This document shows positions 39,088 through 49,068 of a stretch of DNA of 64,000 bases, piece by piece (the first letter of the stretch is position 1; the number at the start of each line of letters is the position of its first letter). Source of the stretch: Halorutilales archaeon Cl-col2-1. Lineage in GTDB: Archaea > Halobacteriota > Halobacteria > Halobacteriales > Afararchaeaceae. A program made the position numbers and the translations under genes. Below the pieces are notes generated by a model. It was not told the origin of the DNA, made no database searches, and saw nothing but the letters and a program-made list of their open reading frames with translations. Where the stretch lies: assembly GCA_041891055.1 (NCBI GenBank), contig CP169074.1, positions 384,001-448,000 on the forward strand. The letters are read 5' to 3'.

Positions 39088-41862
39088 TTAACCACCCGGT
39101 TCGGTCACGGTTGAGTTGAGACTCGGTGAGACGGTCGTGTTTGGCTCAGTTTCCGCCCGAGCCTCTGCCTCTTCGAGACGTCTTCCGAGTTCCTCTATTC
39201 TCTGAGCGTAAGTCGTGAAGTCGCCGTCTCTGAGAGCCGTCTGCGCCTCGTCGTAGATCTGTCTCAGACGCTGTATCTCCTCGGGGGGTAGACCATCAGT
39301 CGCCGGAACACGTGTTATCCCTTCTCCCTCAGTGCGTCTCGTGCCGAAGACGACATCGAGCGACGCGTTGAGGTTGGGCTGCATCGTGAGACGGTTCTCG
39401 TGTGCGAGTATCACCCTCTTGAGTTCAGGGAGGGCTCCGTCCTGGCTAGACTCAAGATAGAGAGGCTCGACGTAGATCATGCTGTCGTCTATCGGAATCG
39501 CGAGCAGGTTACCTCTTATGACTGACGATCCCGCCTGTGACCACAGGGTTATCCTCTGTGATATCTCGGTGTTCTGGTCGATCCTCGACTCTATCTGCAT
39601 CGGTCCGTATGTGAGGTTCTGCTTCGAGAACTGTATGGCTCTGAGGTCGCCGTAGTTGGGTTGGTCGGATCTCGCGCTCAGCCAGCCTATCATGTTCTCC
39701 TTTCCGCGCGGGACGAACGGAAGTATCTCGACGAACTCGGGGTCTTCTTCTCCGGGAAGCTTCATCATGACGTAGTAAGGCTCCATCGGCTGTCTGTCAC
39801 CGCGCGAGACCTCGTTGGGTATCCTCCATGAGTCCTCCTTGTTGTAGAAGACGCGCGGGTTCTGCATATGGTAGTCGAGGTATGCTCTCGACTGGACATC
39901 GAATGCGTCGGTGGGATAACGTACGTTGTCGCTTATCGACTTTGGCATCTGATCCATCTCCTCGAAGAGCGACGGGAAGACCTTCTCGTATGTCTGTATT
40001 ATCGGATCATCCTCGTCGGAGACGTAGTAGTTCGTCTCACCCGAGTAGGCGTCGACGACGACCTTGACCGAGTTCCTGACGTAGTTCTCCTCGTCGCCCT
40101 TGAAGTCGAGACGTTTCGAGTACGGGTAGTTCTCGGTCGTCGTGTAAGCGTCGTAGACCCAGTAGAGCTCGCCGTCAGCCACAACGACGTACGGGTCGGA
40201 GTCGTACTCTAAGAAGGGTGCGGGCTTTTTCACGCGACTCTGTATATCACGGTCGTACTGTATACGTGTCTCGTCAGTGACCGAGTCGGAGACGAATATA
40301 TTCGGGGTTCCGAACTTCGCCGAGTAGATCAGCTTTCTTAGAGACGACGAGAGTTCGACTCCTCCGTTCCCCGAGTATGACGTGTAGACATTCTCGTCAC
40401 CGCTCGGGTAGTCGAACTCCTCAGTCCCTGAGTTGACGAGGGCGTAGGTGTCAGTACTCTCACCGTAGTAGATACGTGGCTGCTCGACATCTATTCCGAC
40501 CGACGATTGGGGGGGTATGTCCTTGACGTAGAACTCGGGAAGACCCTCCGACGACATCTTACTCACGGGACTCATAGCGACGCCGTAGCCGTGTGTGTAG
40601 ACCATATGTCGGTTGACCCACGACCCCGACCCCCCGGAGAGTGACTCGGTCTGTATCTCACGCGCAGAGACCATGACCTGTTTCTGGCTGCCGTTTACGT
40701 CGTAACGGTCTATGTCGACGTCGTTGAAGCCGTAGTAAGACCTGAAAACCTGTATCTCGTTGTAGGTTGTGAGTAACGGACGGTAGTCCCAGAGACGTAT
40801 ATTGTCCACTGTCCCGGGGTTATTCTCTATGTCGTCACGCGTGAGTTGGTTCGAGAGATTGAGCTGTGACTCCTTGACACGGTCGAGGGCGAAGCCCTGT
40901 CTCGTGAACTCTATCTCGTTCTGTATGTACTCGTTCTGTTTGTTGAACTCGTCGGGCTCGACAATATACGACTGGTGGATCGAGCCGACTATGTTTCCAC
41001 CGACTGCTGTGAGAAGGACGACTCCGACTGCGACGTAGACAGCCTTCGAGTCGGTGCCAACGTAGGGATTGAGGATCGACACCACACCTCCGAGAACCGA
41101 GAATCCCGCGAGTCCTAAGAGTAGAGGCTTGAAGACAGCGATGTCAGTCGCACCCGCTCCGAAGACCACACCCCGGGTCGAGAAGACGAGTTCGAAACGG
41201 TCGAGGTAGAATCCCAGACCGAGTGCTACGAGTATTAAGCCGATGTAGACAGAGAGATGTCCGGCGGTGTTCTTCTTGAGAGCCTTAGTGTACTCGTTGA
41301 CGTCGAACTCAGCACCTACGTCCTGTGTCTGTACTCTGACTGTCTCGCCCTCCTCGAAGCCGAAGTGGAAGGCGTAATGGACGAGAGAGAAGACGAGTGA
41401 GACTACCGAGACGAAGACGAGGTAGCCGACGATCAAGCCGTAGAAAGGCAGGTCGAAGACGTAGAAAGAGACGTCTTTTGAGTAGAGTGGGTCGGTGACG
41501 CCGAACTCGGTCGGATTGAGGAACCTCAGGACGGTCTCCCACGACCCCGAGTAGACGAGACCGACGAAGACAGAGACAGCCAATGCACCTGCGACGGGTA
41601 CCACGGACGGATCGTAGTCCTCCTTCGCGTCACGTATGTTACGCACCCCGATCCTGTATCCCGTGTAGACAGAGACGAAGGTCACGATCGACGCGACCCC
41701 GAAGAGTCCTATCTTGTAGGCTATGACACGCGTGAAGACCGACTCGTAACCGAGCGAGACGAACCAGAGGTACTCGCCGTAGAGCGACGGGACTGAAAAG
41801 GCTACGTAAGCCACCACGAGAACCAAGGCGGCAACGACGAGTCTCCTAAGATTAGAGGACAT
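39088..41862 (-). CDS. UPF0182 family membrane protein
   Basis: LWFVSLGY, NIRLWD, DVDIDRY, YTHGYG, NYVRNSVK, YVEPLYL. Confidence 0.9.
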   Translation of the reverse strand: MSSNLRRLVVAALVLVVAYVAFSVPSLYGEYLWFVSLGYESVFTRVIAYKIGLFGVASIVTFVSVYTGYRIGVRNIRDAKEDYDPSVVPVAGALAVSVFVGLVYSGSWETVLRFLNPTEFGVTDPLYSKDVSFYVFDLPFYGLIVGYLVFVSVVSLVFSLVHYAFHFGFEEGETVRVQTQDVGAEFDVNEYTKALKKNTAGHLSVYIGLILVALGLGFYLDRFELVFSTRGVVFGAGATDIAVFKPLLLGLAGFSVLGGVVSILNPYVGTDSKAVYVAVGVVLLTAVGGNIVGSIHQSYIVEPDEFNKQNEYIQNEIEFTRQGFALDRVKESQLNLSNQLTRDDIENNPGTVDNIRLWDYRPLLTTYNEIQVFRSYYGFNDVDIDRYDVNGSQKQVMVSAREIQTESLSGGSGSWVNRHMVYTHGYGVAMSPVSKMSSEGLPEFYVKDIPPQSSVGIDVEQPRIYYGESTDTYALVNSGTEEFDYPSGDENVYTSYSGNGGVELSSSLRKLIYSAKFGTPNIFVSDSVTDETRIQYDRDIQSRVKKPAPFLEYDSDPYVVVADGELYWVYDAYTTTENYPYSKRLDFKGDEENYVRNSVKVVVDAYSGETNYYVSDEDDPIIQTYEKVFPSLFEEMDQMPKSISDNVRYPTDAFDVQSRAYLDYHMQNPRVFYNKEDSWRIPNEVSRGDRQPMEPYYVMMKLPGEEDPEFVEILPFVPRGKENMIGWLSARSDQPNYGDLRAIQFSKQNLTYGPMQIESRIDQNTEISQRITLWSQAGSSVIRGNLLAIPIDDSMIYVEPLYLESSQDGALPELKRVILAHENRLTMQPNLNASLDVVFGTRRTEGEGITRVPATDGLPPEEIQRLRQIYDEAQTALRDGDFTTYAQRIEELGRRLEEAEARAETEPNTTVSPSLNSTVTEPGG

Positions 41863-41910
41863 ATGAGTTAAATTAGACGTCCTCCAGGAACATTAATCTA
41901 TGCTCTGTAT

Positions 41911-42303
41911 TCACGGAACCACAGTCACCGCGAACTCGTTCGACTCGATGACCCTTTCGGCAGCACTTCCAAGTACTGCGCGTCCCATTCTTCCGGTGCC
42001 GTGGTGTCCCATAACGATGTGATCGTAGCCCTCATTCTTGGCTATACGGACTATGTCGTCTCCTATCTGGTTCGAGGGACGTATGTCGAGACGTATGTCG
42101 GTTCTGACCTCGGGCTCGTCTTCTATTCCCTCGTCTTCGAGTACCTCTTCGGCTCTCTCTACGGTGTCGCGCGTCGCGTCGGTTTTCTTGTCGGTTATAT
42201 GTATGACATGGAGGGTCGACTCGAATCTTTTCGCGAGGTCACAAGCGAATCCGAGCGCGCGGAAGCTACAGTCGGAGTCGTCTATTGGGACGAGTATCTT
42301 CAT
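41911..42303 (-). CDS. universal stress protein
   Basis: ILVPIDDS, IVMGHHG, LGSAAERV. Confidence 0.9.
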   Translation of the reverse strand: MKILVPIDDSDCSFRALGFACDLAKRFESTLHVIHITDKKTDATRDTVERAEEVLEDEGIEDEPEVRTDIRLDIRPSNQIGDDIVRIAKNEGYDHIVMGHHGTGRMGRAVLGSAAERVIESNEFAVTVVP

Positions 42304-42402
42304 AACTCGGAGGTCGTATTAGCGGTTCTTAACTTTTTCCCCAATACTACTCCTACTCTTAACGTTAGACGTTTGAGGAGCCACGTACAGATCTAACTAA
42401 GT

Positions 42403-43083
42403 ATGACCGTACGTGACGAGTTCGACTCGTGGGCGGAGACGGGACGCGACAGAGGGATGGAGGAGAGACACTGGAGCACCGCGAAGAAGGCTCTCGCGAG
42501 GATGCCTGTCGAGGAGGGCGACTACGTCCTCGACCTCGGCTGTGGGAGTGGCTACGCCGGACGCGCACTCCGTGACAACTACGACGCCGGAAGGGTCTAC
42601 GGACTCGACGGATCTCCCGAGATGGCGCGTAACGCGAGCGGCTACACAGAAGACCCGCGTATAGGCTACATCGTTGGCGACTTCTCGGATCTACCTTTCT
42701 CCGACTCGTCGCTCGACCACGTCTGGTCTATGGAGGCTTTCTACTACGCCGACGACCCCCACGAGACACTCGAAGAGGTGAGACGCGTACTCCGCTCAGG
42801 CGGTACCTTCTACTGCGCAGTCAACTACTACGACGAGAATATATACTCCCACGACTGGCAGGATATGATCTCTGTCGAGATGACACTCTGGAGCCGTGAC
42901 GACTACCGAGATGCCTTCCGTGAGGCAGGTCTCTACGTTGCCGAACAGGACAACATACCAGACACAGACGTCGATATACCCGACGAGTCGGAGTTCCCGA
43001 CACAGGACTGGGAGACGCGAGACGAGATGGTCGAACGTTACAGGGAGTTCGGAACCCTCCTGACTGTAGGGGTCGCGCCGTAG
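42403..43083 (+). CDS. class I SAM-dependent methyltransferase
   Basis: VLDLGCGSG, LPFSDSSLD, RVLRSGG. Confidence 0.88.
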   Translation: MTVRDEFDSWAETGRDRGMEERHWSTAKKALARMPVEEGDYVLDLGCGSGYAGRALRDNYDAGRVYGLDGSPEMARNASGYTEDPRIGYIVGDFSDLPFSDSSLDHVWSMEAFYYADDPHETLEEVRRVLRSGGTFYCAVNYYDENIYSHDWQDMISVEMTLWSRDDYRDAFREAGLYVAEQDNIPDTDVDIPDESEFPTQDWETRDEMVERYREFGTLLTVGVAP

Positions 43084-43085
43084 TC

Positions 43086-43786
43086 GGCGGTGTTCAGATA
43101 AGGAATGAATGAAGGATGAGGCGGGGCGTTTTGAGAGTGTCCATGTCCAAAAACGCCTGCCTCAGTAGAGGTATAGACGCAATCGAATTAGGTTTTATGG
43201 AACGAGAAGCGACACCCCAATTTGCGATGAAGGTAGGTATTCAGATGCATTTGGCTGGATTATCGCTATCGAATACCGCCTCTGTACTGGAGTCCTTGGG
43301 TGTCGAGCGAGTGCGTTCAACAATTCACAACTGGGTGCATAAAGCCGATCTACAGCCAGACAGCGGCGGCAGTCCGAATCAGGTAGCAGTTGACGAAACC
43401 ATGATTCGGTTCAACGGGAGGTGGTACTGGCTGTACATGGCTGTAGATCCTGACACTAACGACATCCTCCACACAAAGCTTCAACCAACGAGAAACCACT
43501 ATACGGCAAAAGATTTCATGAGTGAACTAATCGAGAAACACGACTTGGACGAGAGTCTGTTTCTCGTTGACGGTAACCTGTCGCTTCATGATGCTTGTCG
43601 GTACCACTCACTCCGATTTCGGGTCACTAAACATGGAAATCGGAACTCCGTAGAACGCGTCTTTAGAGAATTAAAACGCCGTACGCAAGCCTTCTCAAAC
43701 AGCTTCAGCAACGCTCACCTTCAGACAGCCGACGACTGGCTAAAGTCGTTCGCCTTCGCTTGGAATCATCTTATCTGAACACTACC
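43086..43786 (+). mobile_element. IS6-family insertion sequence (701 bp)
   Basis: 17-bp IRs GGCGGTGTTCAGATAAG (43086-43102) and CTTATCTGAACACTACC (43770-43786), 2 mismatches; 8-bp direct repeat CCGTAGTC at 43078-43085 and 43787-43794. Confidence 0.93.
43143..43778 (+). CDS. IS6 DDE transposase
   Basis: VDET, LVDG, NSVERVF triad; WLYMAVD. Confidence 0.9.
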   Translation: MSKNACLSRGIDAIELGFMEREATPQFAMKVGIQMHLAGLSLSNTASVLESLGVERVRSTIHNWVHKADLQPDSGGSPNQVAVDETMIRFNGRWYWLYMAVDPDTNDILHTKLQPTRNHYTAKDFMSELIEKHDLDESLFLVDGNLSLHDACRYHSLRFRVTKHGNRNSVERVFRELKRRTQAFSNSFSNAHLQTADDWLKSFAFAWNHLI

Positions 43787-43836
43787 CCGTAGTCACGGCT
43801 TAGCTTTATAAGACGAAAGCACGTACACGTTCTAAG

Positions 43837-44994
43837 ATGAGGAGCTACAAAGTCGGACGTATAATGGGAATTGATATAAAGATACATCTGTCGCTCCTCG
43901 TTCTACTTCCCCTGCTCGCGTGGCTCATAAGCAGGGAACAACAGATCACCATCTGGACCGACATAATCTCGGGGTTCTACCCCCACACACTCACGACTGA
44001 GCCTCTCCTCTCGGGTAATGCACCCTTAATAATCGGAGGAGTCGCAGCCGTGGGTCTTTTCGCGGGTGTGACTGTCCACGAGCTCGGACACTCGTGGGTC
44101 GCGCGGCGTTACGGTCTCACGATCTCGTCGATCACACTCTGGATATTCGGCGGAATGGCGAACATGGACGAGAACCCAAAGGAGTGGAACGTCGAGTTCT
44201 GGATGGCTCTCGCAGGTCCCGTGACGAGCGTCGTGATAAGCGGTGTCTTCATGGGGGTACTCCAGCTACTCCCCGCGAGTACTCCTCCCGTCGCGGTCTT
44301 CGTAGTCGGATGGCTCGCTATGATGAACCTCGCACTCGCCATCTTTAACATGCTCCCGGCGTTCCCGATGGACGGCGGACGTGTCTTCCGGGCTCTACTC
44401 GCGAGGTCACGTCCCTACGTCGAGGCGACCCAGATCGCGGCGGGAGTCGGAAAGTTCTTCGCAGTCGGAATGGGTATACTCGGAGTCCTAAGCTTCAATC
44501 CCCTACTCGTCCTCATAGCACTCTTCGTCTACGTCGCGGCGACGTCGGAGTCGAGGATGGCTGTCGTCAGCGACCTCCTTCAGGACGTGAAGGTGTCGGA
44601 TCTGATGACGACCGAGGTCAAGACGGTACCGCGTGACATAAGCGTGAACGACCTTGCCAACAGGATGCTCACACAGAGACACACCGGATACCCCGTCGTA
44701 GACGGTACGGGATCGGTCGTGGGTATTGTGACTCTCACCGACATAAAGGAAGTAGATGAGGTCGAGAGAGACGCCTACACTGCGGGCGACATAATGACCC
44801 ACGACGTCATCACCGTAGAGCCCGAAGACGACGCCTTCGAGGTTCTCAGAACGATAGGACAGAACGACATAGGGCGCGTCTTAGTCGAGACAGACGGCGA
44901 GGTCGTCGGGATACTCTCAAGAACCGACCTCGTGACGGCACTCGAAGTTCTCCAGGGAGGCGGTATGCAGAGAAGAAGTATGCCTCAGGTGTAG
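43837..44994 (+). CDS. M50 (site-2) metalloprotease with CBS pair
   Basis: HELGH, NMLPAFPMDGGR, two CBS domains. Confidence 0.92.
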   Translation: MRSYKVGRIMGIDIKIHLSLLVLLPLLAWLISREQQITIWTDIISGFYPHTLTTEPLLSGNAPLIIGGVAAVGLFAGVTVHELGHSWVARRYGLTISSITLWIFGGMANMDENPKEWNVEFWMALAGPVTSVVISGVFMGVLQLLPASTPPVAVFVVGWLAMMNLALAIFNMLPAFPMDGGRVFRALLARSRPYVEATQIAAGVGKFFAVGMGILGVLSFNPLLVLIALFVYVAATSESRMAVVSDLLQDVKVSDLMTTEVKTVPRDISVNDLANRMLTQRHTGYPVVDGTGSVVGIVTLTDIKEVDEVERDAYTAGDIMTHDVITVEPEDDAFEVLRTIGQNDIGRVLVETDGEVVGILSRTDLVTALEVLQGGGMQRRSMPQV

Positions 44995-45008
44995 GTGTAG
45001 GTGTAGGT
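44987..45008 (+). repeat. (AGGTGT)3-AGGT microsatellite across the protease stop codon
   Basis: direct reading. Confidence 0.7.
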
Positions 45009-45294
45009 TTAACTGAGGTGCGATAGCCTCGGGATCGCGAAACCAAGATCAGCAGACTGGAAGTTTAACCTTGAACGCGGCACCCCCCATCTCGGAGTCG
45101 TCGACCCAGACTTCGCCGCCGTAGTTCTCGACTAATGTGTCGACTAGATAGAGCCCGACGCCGGTTCCCTCGCTTTCGAGTCCTTTCTCCCCTCTCCCGA
45201 ATATCTCGTCTTTTTCGTTGTCGGGGACACCCGGACCGTTGTCGGCTATACTTATTACGACGTGTCCCTCGACCTCCTCTGCTGTAATCTCTAT

Positions 45295-46743
45295 CTTTCT
45301 GCGAGGAGAGAATCCCGCCCTTCAGGGCGGGAGTGAATCCGACAACTCCCTCACAACCCACTGTCGATGGCAGGCCGGATATTCAACGCTCATCCGTACC
45401 ATTAAGTAAGTTTATCGACATAGGCTATGTATGGCGATTGAGGTCACGCGAACCTACATTGGTTCCATCCAGAACCAGCGACAGGTTTACCATGGCCTCG
45501 ATTCGCTCGGAGACTCCGCCTCAAAAATCTGGAACGTCGCACGCTGGACAGCTGACCGAATCTGGGGCGAAACAGGCGAAATCCCAGACGAAGGAACGCT
45601 CAAAGCGTACATGAAGAACCGAGAGTGCTGGAAAGATTTGAACGCACAATCCAGTCAGAAAGTCATCGAAGAACTTTCCGACGCTTTCCAGTCATGGTTC
45701 GACCTGCGACACAAGGACGACAAGGCGAATCCGCCCGGCTACCGCAAACACGGCGACACTCGCCCCAAGAGTACGGTCACGTTCAAAGAAGACGGTTTCA
45801 AACACGACCCAGAGAACAACCGCATTCGCCTCTCAAAGGGAAAGAACCTGAAAGACCACCGCTCGGACTTCCTGCTCTGTGAGTACCAGACCCGCCCTGA
45901 CGTTGACCTCTCAGAAGTAACCAAGGTGCAGAACGTTCGCGCAGTCTGGAATGGTGAGGAGTGGGAACTGCACTTCGTCTGCAAAGTCAGCCTCGAAACC
46001 AACGACTCTGCTGGCAACGGAGTGGCAGGAATCGATCTCGGAATCAAGAACATCGCCACGGTCGCCTTCCCCGACGAATACGTTCTCTACCCCGGCAACT
46101 CACTCAAAGAAGACAAGCACTACTTCACCCGAGCAGAGTACGATACAGAGGGTGAGAACGGGCCGTCCGAAAAGTCGATGTGGGCACGTCGAAAACTCAC
46201 AGAGCGCGAGACACACTTCTACCACACGCTGACAGACACCATCATCACAGAGTGTGTCGAACGCGGTGTCGGCACGCTCGCAGTGAGTTGGCCCGAAGAC
46301 GTGCATGAGTCGGATTGGGGAAAGACCGGGAACAAGAAGCTGCACTCGTGGGCGTTCGACCGCATCTACCAGTACCTCGAATACAAAGGCGAGATTCGCG
46401 GTGTCGAGGTGCTGAAGGAGAACGAGTGGGACACCTCGAAAACGTGTTCACGATGTGGTGACGACACGAAGTCAAACCGTGTCGAGCGTGGACTGTACGT
46501 CTGCTCGTCGTGTGAAATGGTAGCCAACGCGGATTGCAATGGGGCGGAGAATATGCGGCAGAAGATAACTCTGAGTCCTCATGGTGAGGATAGGAGTAAC
46601 GGCTGTGTGGCACAGCCATCGACACACTTGTTCGACCGCGAGAGCGGGACGTTCAACACGAGAGAACAGGTCGTGTCGTAGACCGGCAAATATCCCACCT
46701 GCGGTACGGGAAGCCCCGCCGTTCACGGCGGGGAGGATGTCAC
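45295..46743 (+). mobile_element. IS200/IS605-family (IS1341-type, TnpB-only) element, 1449 bp
   Basis: left hairpin TCCCGCCC-TTCA-GGGCGGGA (45313-45332), right hairpin CCCCGCCG-TTCA-CGGCGGGG (46714-46733), ends in TCAC, no target duplication, no tnpA. Confidence 0.9.
45431..46681 (+). CDS. tnpB: RNA-guided endonuclease TnpB
   Basis: GIDLG RuvC-I, TSKTCSRC...CSSC zinc finger, NADCNGAENM RuvC-III. Confidence 0.93.
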   Translation: MAIEVTRTYIGSIQNQRQVYHGLDSLGDSASKIWNVARWTADRIWGETGEIPDEGTLKAYMKNRECWKDLNAQSSQKVIEELSDAFQSWFDLRHKDDKANPPGYRKHGDTRPKSTVTFKEDGFKHDPENNRIRLSKGKNLKDHRSDFLLCEYQTRPDVDLSEVTKVQNVRAVWNGEEWELHFVCKVSLETNDSAGNGVAGIDLGIKNIATVAFPDEYVLYPGNSLKEDKHYFTRAEYDTEGENGPSEKSMWARRKLTERETHFYHTLTDTIITECVERGVGTLAVSWPEDVHESDWGKTGNKKLHSWAFDRIYQYLEYKGEIRGVEVLKENEWDTSKTCSRCGDDTKSNRVERGLYVCSSCEMVANADCNGAENMRQKITLSPHGEDRSNGCVAQPSTHLFDRESGTFNTREQVVS

Positions 46744-46763
46744 TCTCGGCGTGTTACTGCTGT
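46560..46763 (+). ncRNA. predicted TnpB omega/reRNA (sense-overlapping transcript); 5' end approximate
   Basis: TnpB guide RNAs derive from the tnpB 3' end and right end, with the guide taken from the flank (46744 onward, TCTCGGCGTGTTACTGCTGT); transcription not observable here. Confidence 0.55.
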
Positions 46764-47986
46764 TGTGCTCGATCGAGTTGTTGAGTATGTTTCTGAAGAC
46801 TGAGTCTATCAGGTCGTTTGCCCTGACCTCGACACTGGGTATATCCTCCATCGTGATCTCGGCGTCAGTCTGAGAAAGCTTCGTCTCATACTCCTCTCTC
46901 AGAACCTCGGATATATCGACGGGCTCGACCTCCATCTCCTCGTCCGACGCTATCGATCTGACGAAGTCACGTGCGACCTCGGTAAGGTCGACGACGCTCT
47001 CACACGCCGACTCGGCTCTCTCGACGCACTCCTCAGCGTCGTCATCGACCATCCCTTCGAGTCTCGACAGCCATCCGAGGGCGACAGTCATGTCGTTACG
47101 TATGTCGTGACGCACTATACGGTTGAGAAGCTCAAGCTCGGTGTTTCTTCTCTGAAGCTCCTCCTCGTACTTCTTCTGGGCAGTTATGTCGCGGAATATA
47201 CCTATTGTCTCGACGGACTCAGATAAGTCGGATATCACACTCGTGTTGAGCTCAGAGATTAAGCGGTCTCTGGGTGACGTATACTCGACTGTCGTACTTG
47301 TCGTGGTGTCCTCCTCTATGTCGAGAAAGACTCTGTCGACTTCTTCTTCGGGCTCGAAGTTAAGTTCGGCTACGTTATTCCCTGAGGCGTCTTTTATTTC
47401 GAAAGACTCCGAGAACGCCTCGTTGGTATCGAGTATCTCACCGTCCTGTGAGACGACGGCTACGGGGTCGGGGGCGTTCTCGAAGAGTGACTTGAACCGT
47501 CTGTCGCTAATCTCCTTCCTGTGTCTGAGTTCGACTGAGAGCCTCCTGTTTCTCAGAAGACTCTCGACTCTGTAGTTAAGCTCCAGCTTGTCCACGGGCA
47601 TAGAGACTATGTCGTCGATGAGGCTCGTGTCATTGACAGAGTCAGCAACCCCGGAGTTCGGCGTACTGAGATCCGAGCCGGAGCTGAGAAGGAGGAGGTA
47701 GGGCAGGTAAGCGGGTCTCTCGGACTCCTTCTTCTGTCTGAGATCCGACTCCCTACGTCTCAATATCTCCGTGTCGAAGATACACAGGTCGAAGTCGGTG
47801 TCGGCAATACTAACATCGTCAGGGTCTTGGTACTCGACGAGTTCTGCGTCGTGTTTCTCCTCGATCTCGTCCTCTAGAAGACGTAAATTCGGTTTGTTTT
47901 CGGAGAGTATAAGAATCTCCGCCGTAGCCATGCTTAAACTAAATCTGGATCAAGTATTAATATTGGGGGATCGGCATCTAAGTATG

Positions 47987-48961
47987 TCAGATCTGTATCT
48001 GGGGCATCATTCTCCACGCCGACCACACCAGAAGAACTGAGAAAGCCGCTTTGAGAGCCCTGTCGGGTAGACGGTGGTTGACCTTCTGACCGAGTCTCGC
48101 GCCGAAGAAGCCGCCGACCAGAACTGCGACGCCGAGTTCGAGGAAGACTGCGCCCTGGCTCAAGTACTCCGTCGTCGCTGAGACGCTGTTCGCCATCACG
48201 ACAGACGACGAGGTTCCTACGGCGACGTGTATCGGAAGACCGAGTATCACGTTTATCGAGGGTGTGAGTAGGAAGCCACCGCCCACACCCAAGAGACCCG
48301 CGACGAATCCGATGCCGAGTCCGAGTAGTACTGAGGTCAGGAGGTCGACGGTGTACGAGACGCCCTTGTACGAGCCGGTGAACTTGAGGAAGTCGGGGAC
48401 GAAGCCGAGTGACCTGTCGGTGGTCTCTATCTCTCCTCCTCCCGACTTTACCGACTCCCTCGCCATGTAGACAGCACCGCCGACGAGAACCGCTGAGAAG
48501 ACGCCTCTCATCGTAGACTCGTCGAGACCCGCCGACCACGCCGCTCCTAAGACGGCTCCCACAATTCCACCGACACCCACCGCGGCTCCGGCTCTGATAT
48601 CGGCGGTTCCGCTCCTGTAATGGTTCGAGACAGCGAAGAAGGACGTGAAGGCGGCTTGGAAGACGCTCGTCCCCTTAGCGAGAGTGAGCGGGAGACCTCC
48701 GAAGAGGGTCAGGAAGGTCACCGTCAGGACTCCTATGAACGCGCCGAAGACACCCCCCGCGAACCCCGCGCCGAATCCTATCGCGCTCCCTACTGCGGCG
48801 GGAACCTCGGCGGCGTACTCGGTGCTGGAGAAAGTAAGGACTACCGACGGTGAGAGAGCCTCGGAAACTACGAACACGGCATAGATGACAAATCCCGAGT
48901 AGAATACGGCATCGAACCACGACAACGACCTGTATTTAGTTACTAGGCTACGTACAGACAT
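47987..48961 (-). CDS. TauE/SafE (TSUP) family transporter
   Basis: AKGTS / AVGTS repeats, GLLGVGGGFLLTP. Confidence 0.85.
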   Translation of the reverse strand: MSVRSLVTKYRSLSWFDAVFYSGFVIYAVFVVSEALSPSVVLTFSSTEYAAEVPAAVGSAIGFGAGFAGGVFGAFIGVLTVTFLTLFGGLPLTLAKGTSVFQAAFTSFFAVSNHYRSGTADIRAGAAVGVGGIVGAVLGAAWSAGLDESTMRGVFSAVLVGGAVYMARESVKSGGGEIETTDRSLGFVPDFLKFTGSYKGVSYTVDLLTSVLLGLGIGFVAGLLGVGGGFLLTPSINVILGLPIHVAVGTSSSVVMANSVSATTEYLSQGAVFLELGVAVLVGGFFGARLGQKVNHRLPDRALKAAFSVLLVWSAWRMMPQIQI

Positions 48962-49068
48962 ATTGGTACTACATACGTAGAGACTGGTCAAGTAGCTTCC
49001 GACAGTCACACGCGAACCAGAGCCTAAGAACAGAGCGAGGAAAGTAAGTAAGTAGTCGGTTTTCTATC

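Larger units (their letters stand above)
45049..47931 (-). pseudogene. REC-like/PAS histidine kinase interrupted by the IS1341-type element
   Basis: 5' part 47931-46744 has PAS, RHDIRN H-box and N-box; 3' part 45294-45049 reads IEITAEEVEGHVVISIADNGPGVP...GTGVGLYLV...LPVC*; joining them gives a 477-aa ORF. Confidence 0.9.

Noticed and set aside
45065-45361. 98-aa minus-strand ORF in the track
   Set aside because: Wrong frame; the real coding frame is the kinase 3' fragment 45294-45049
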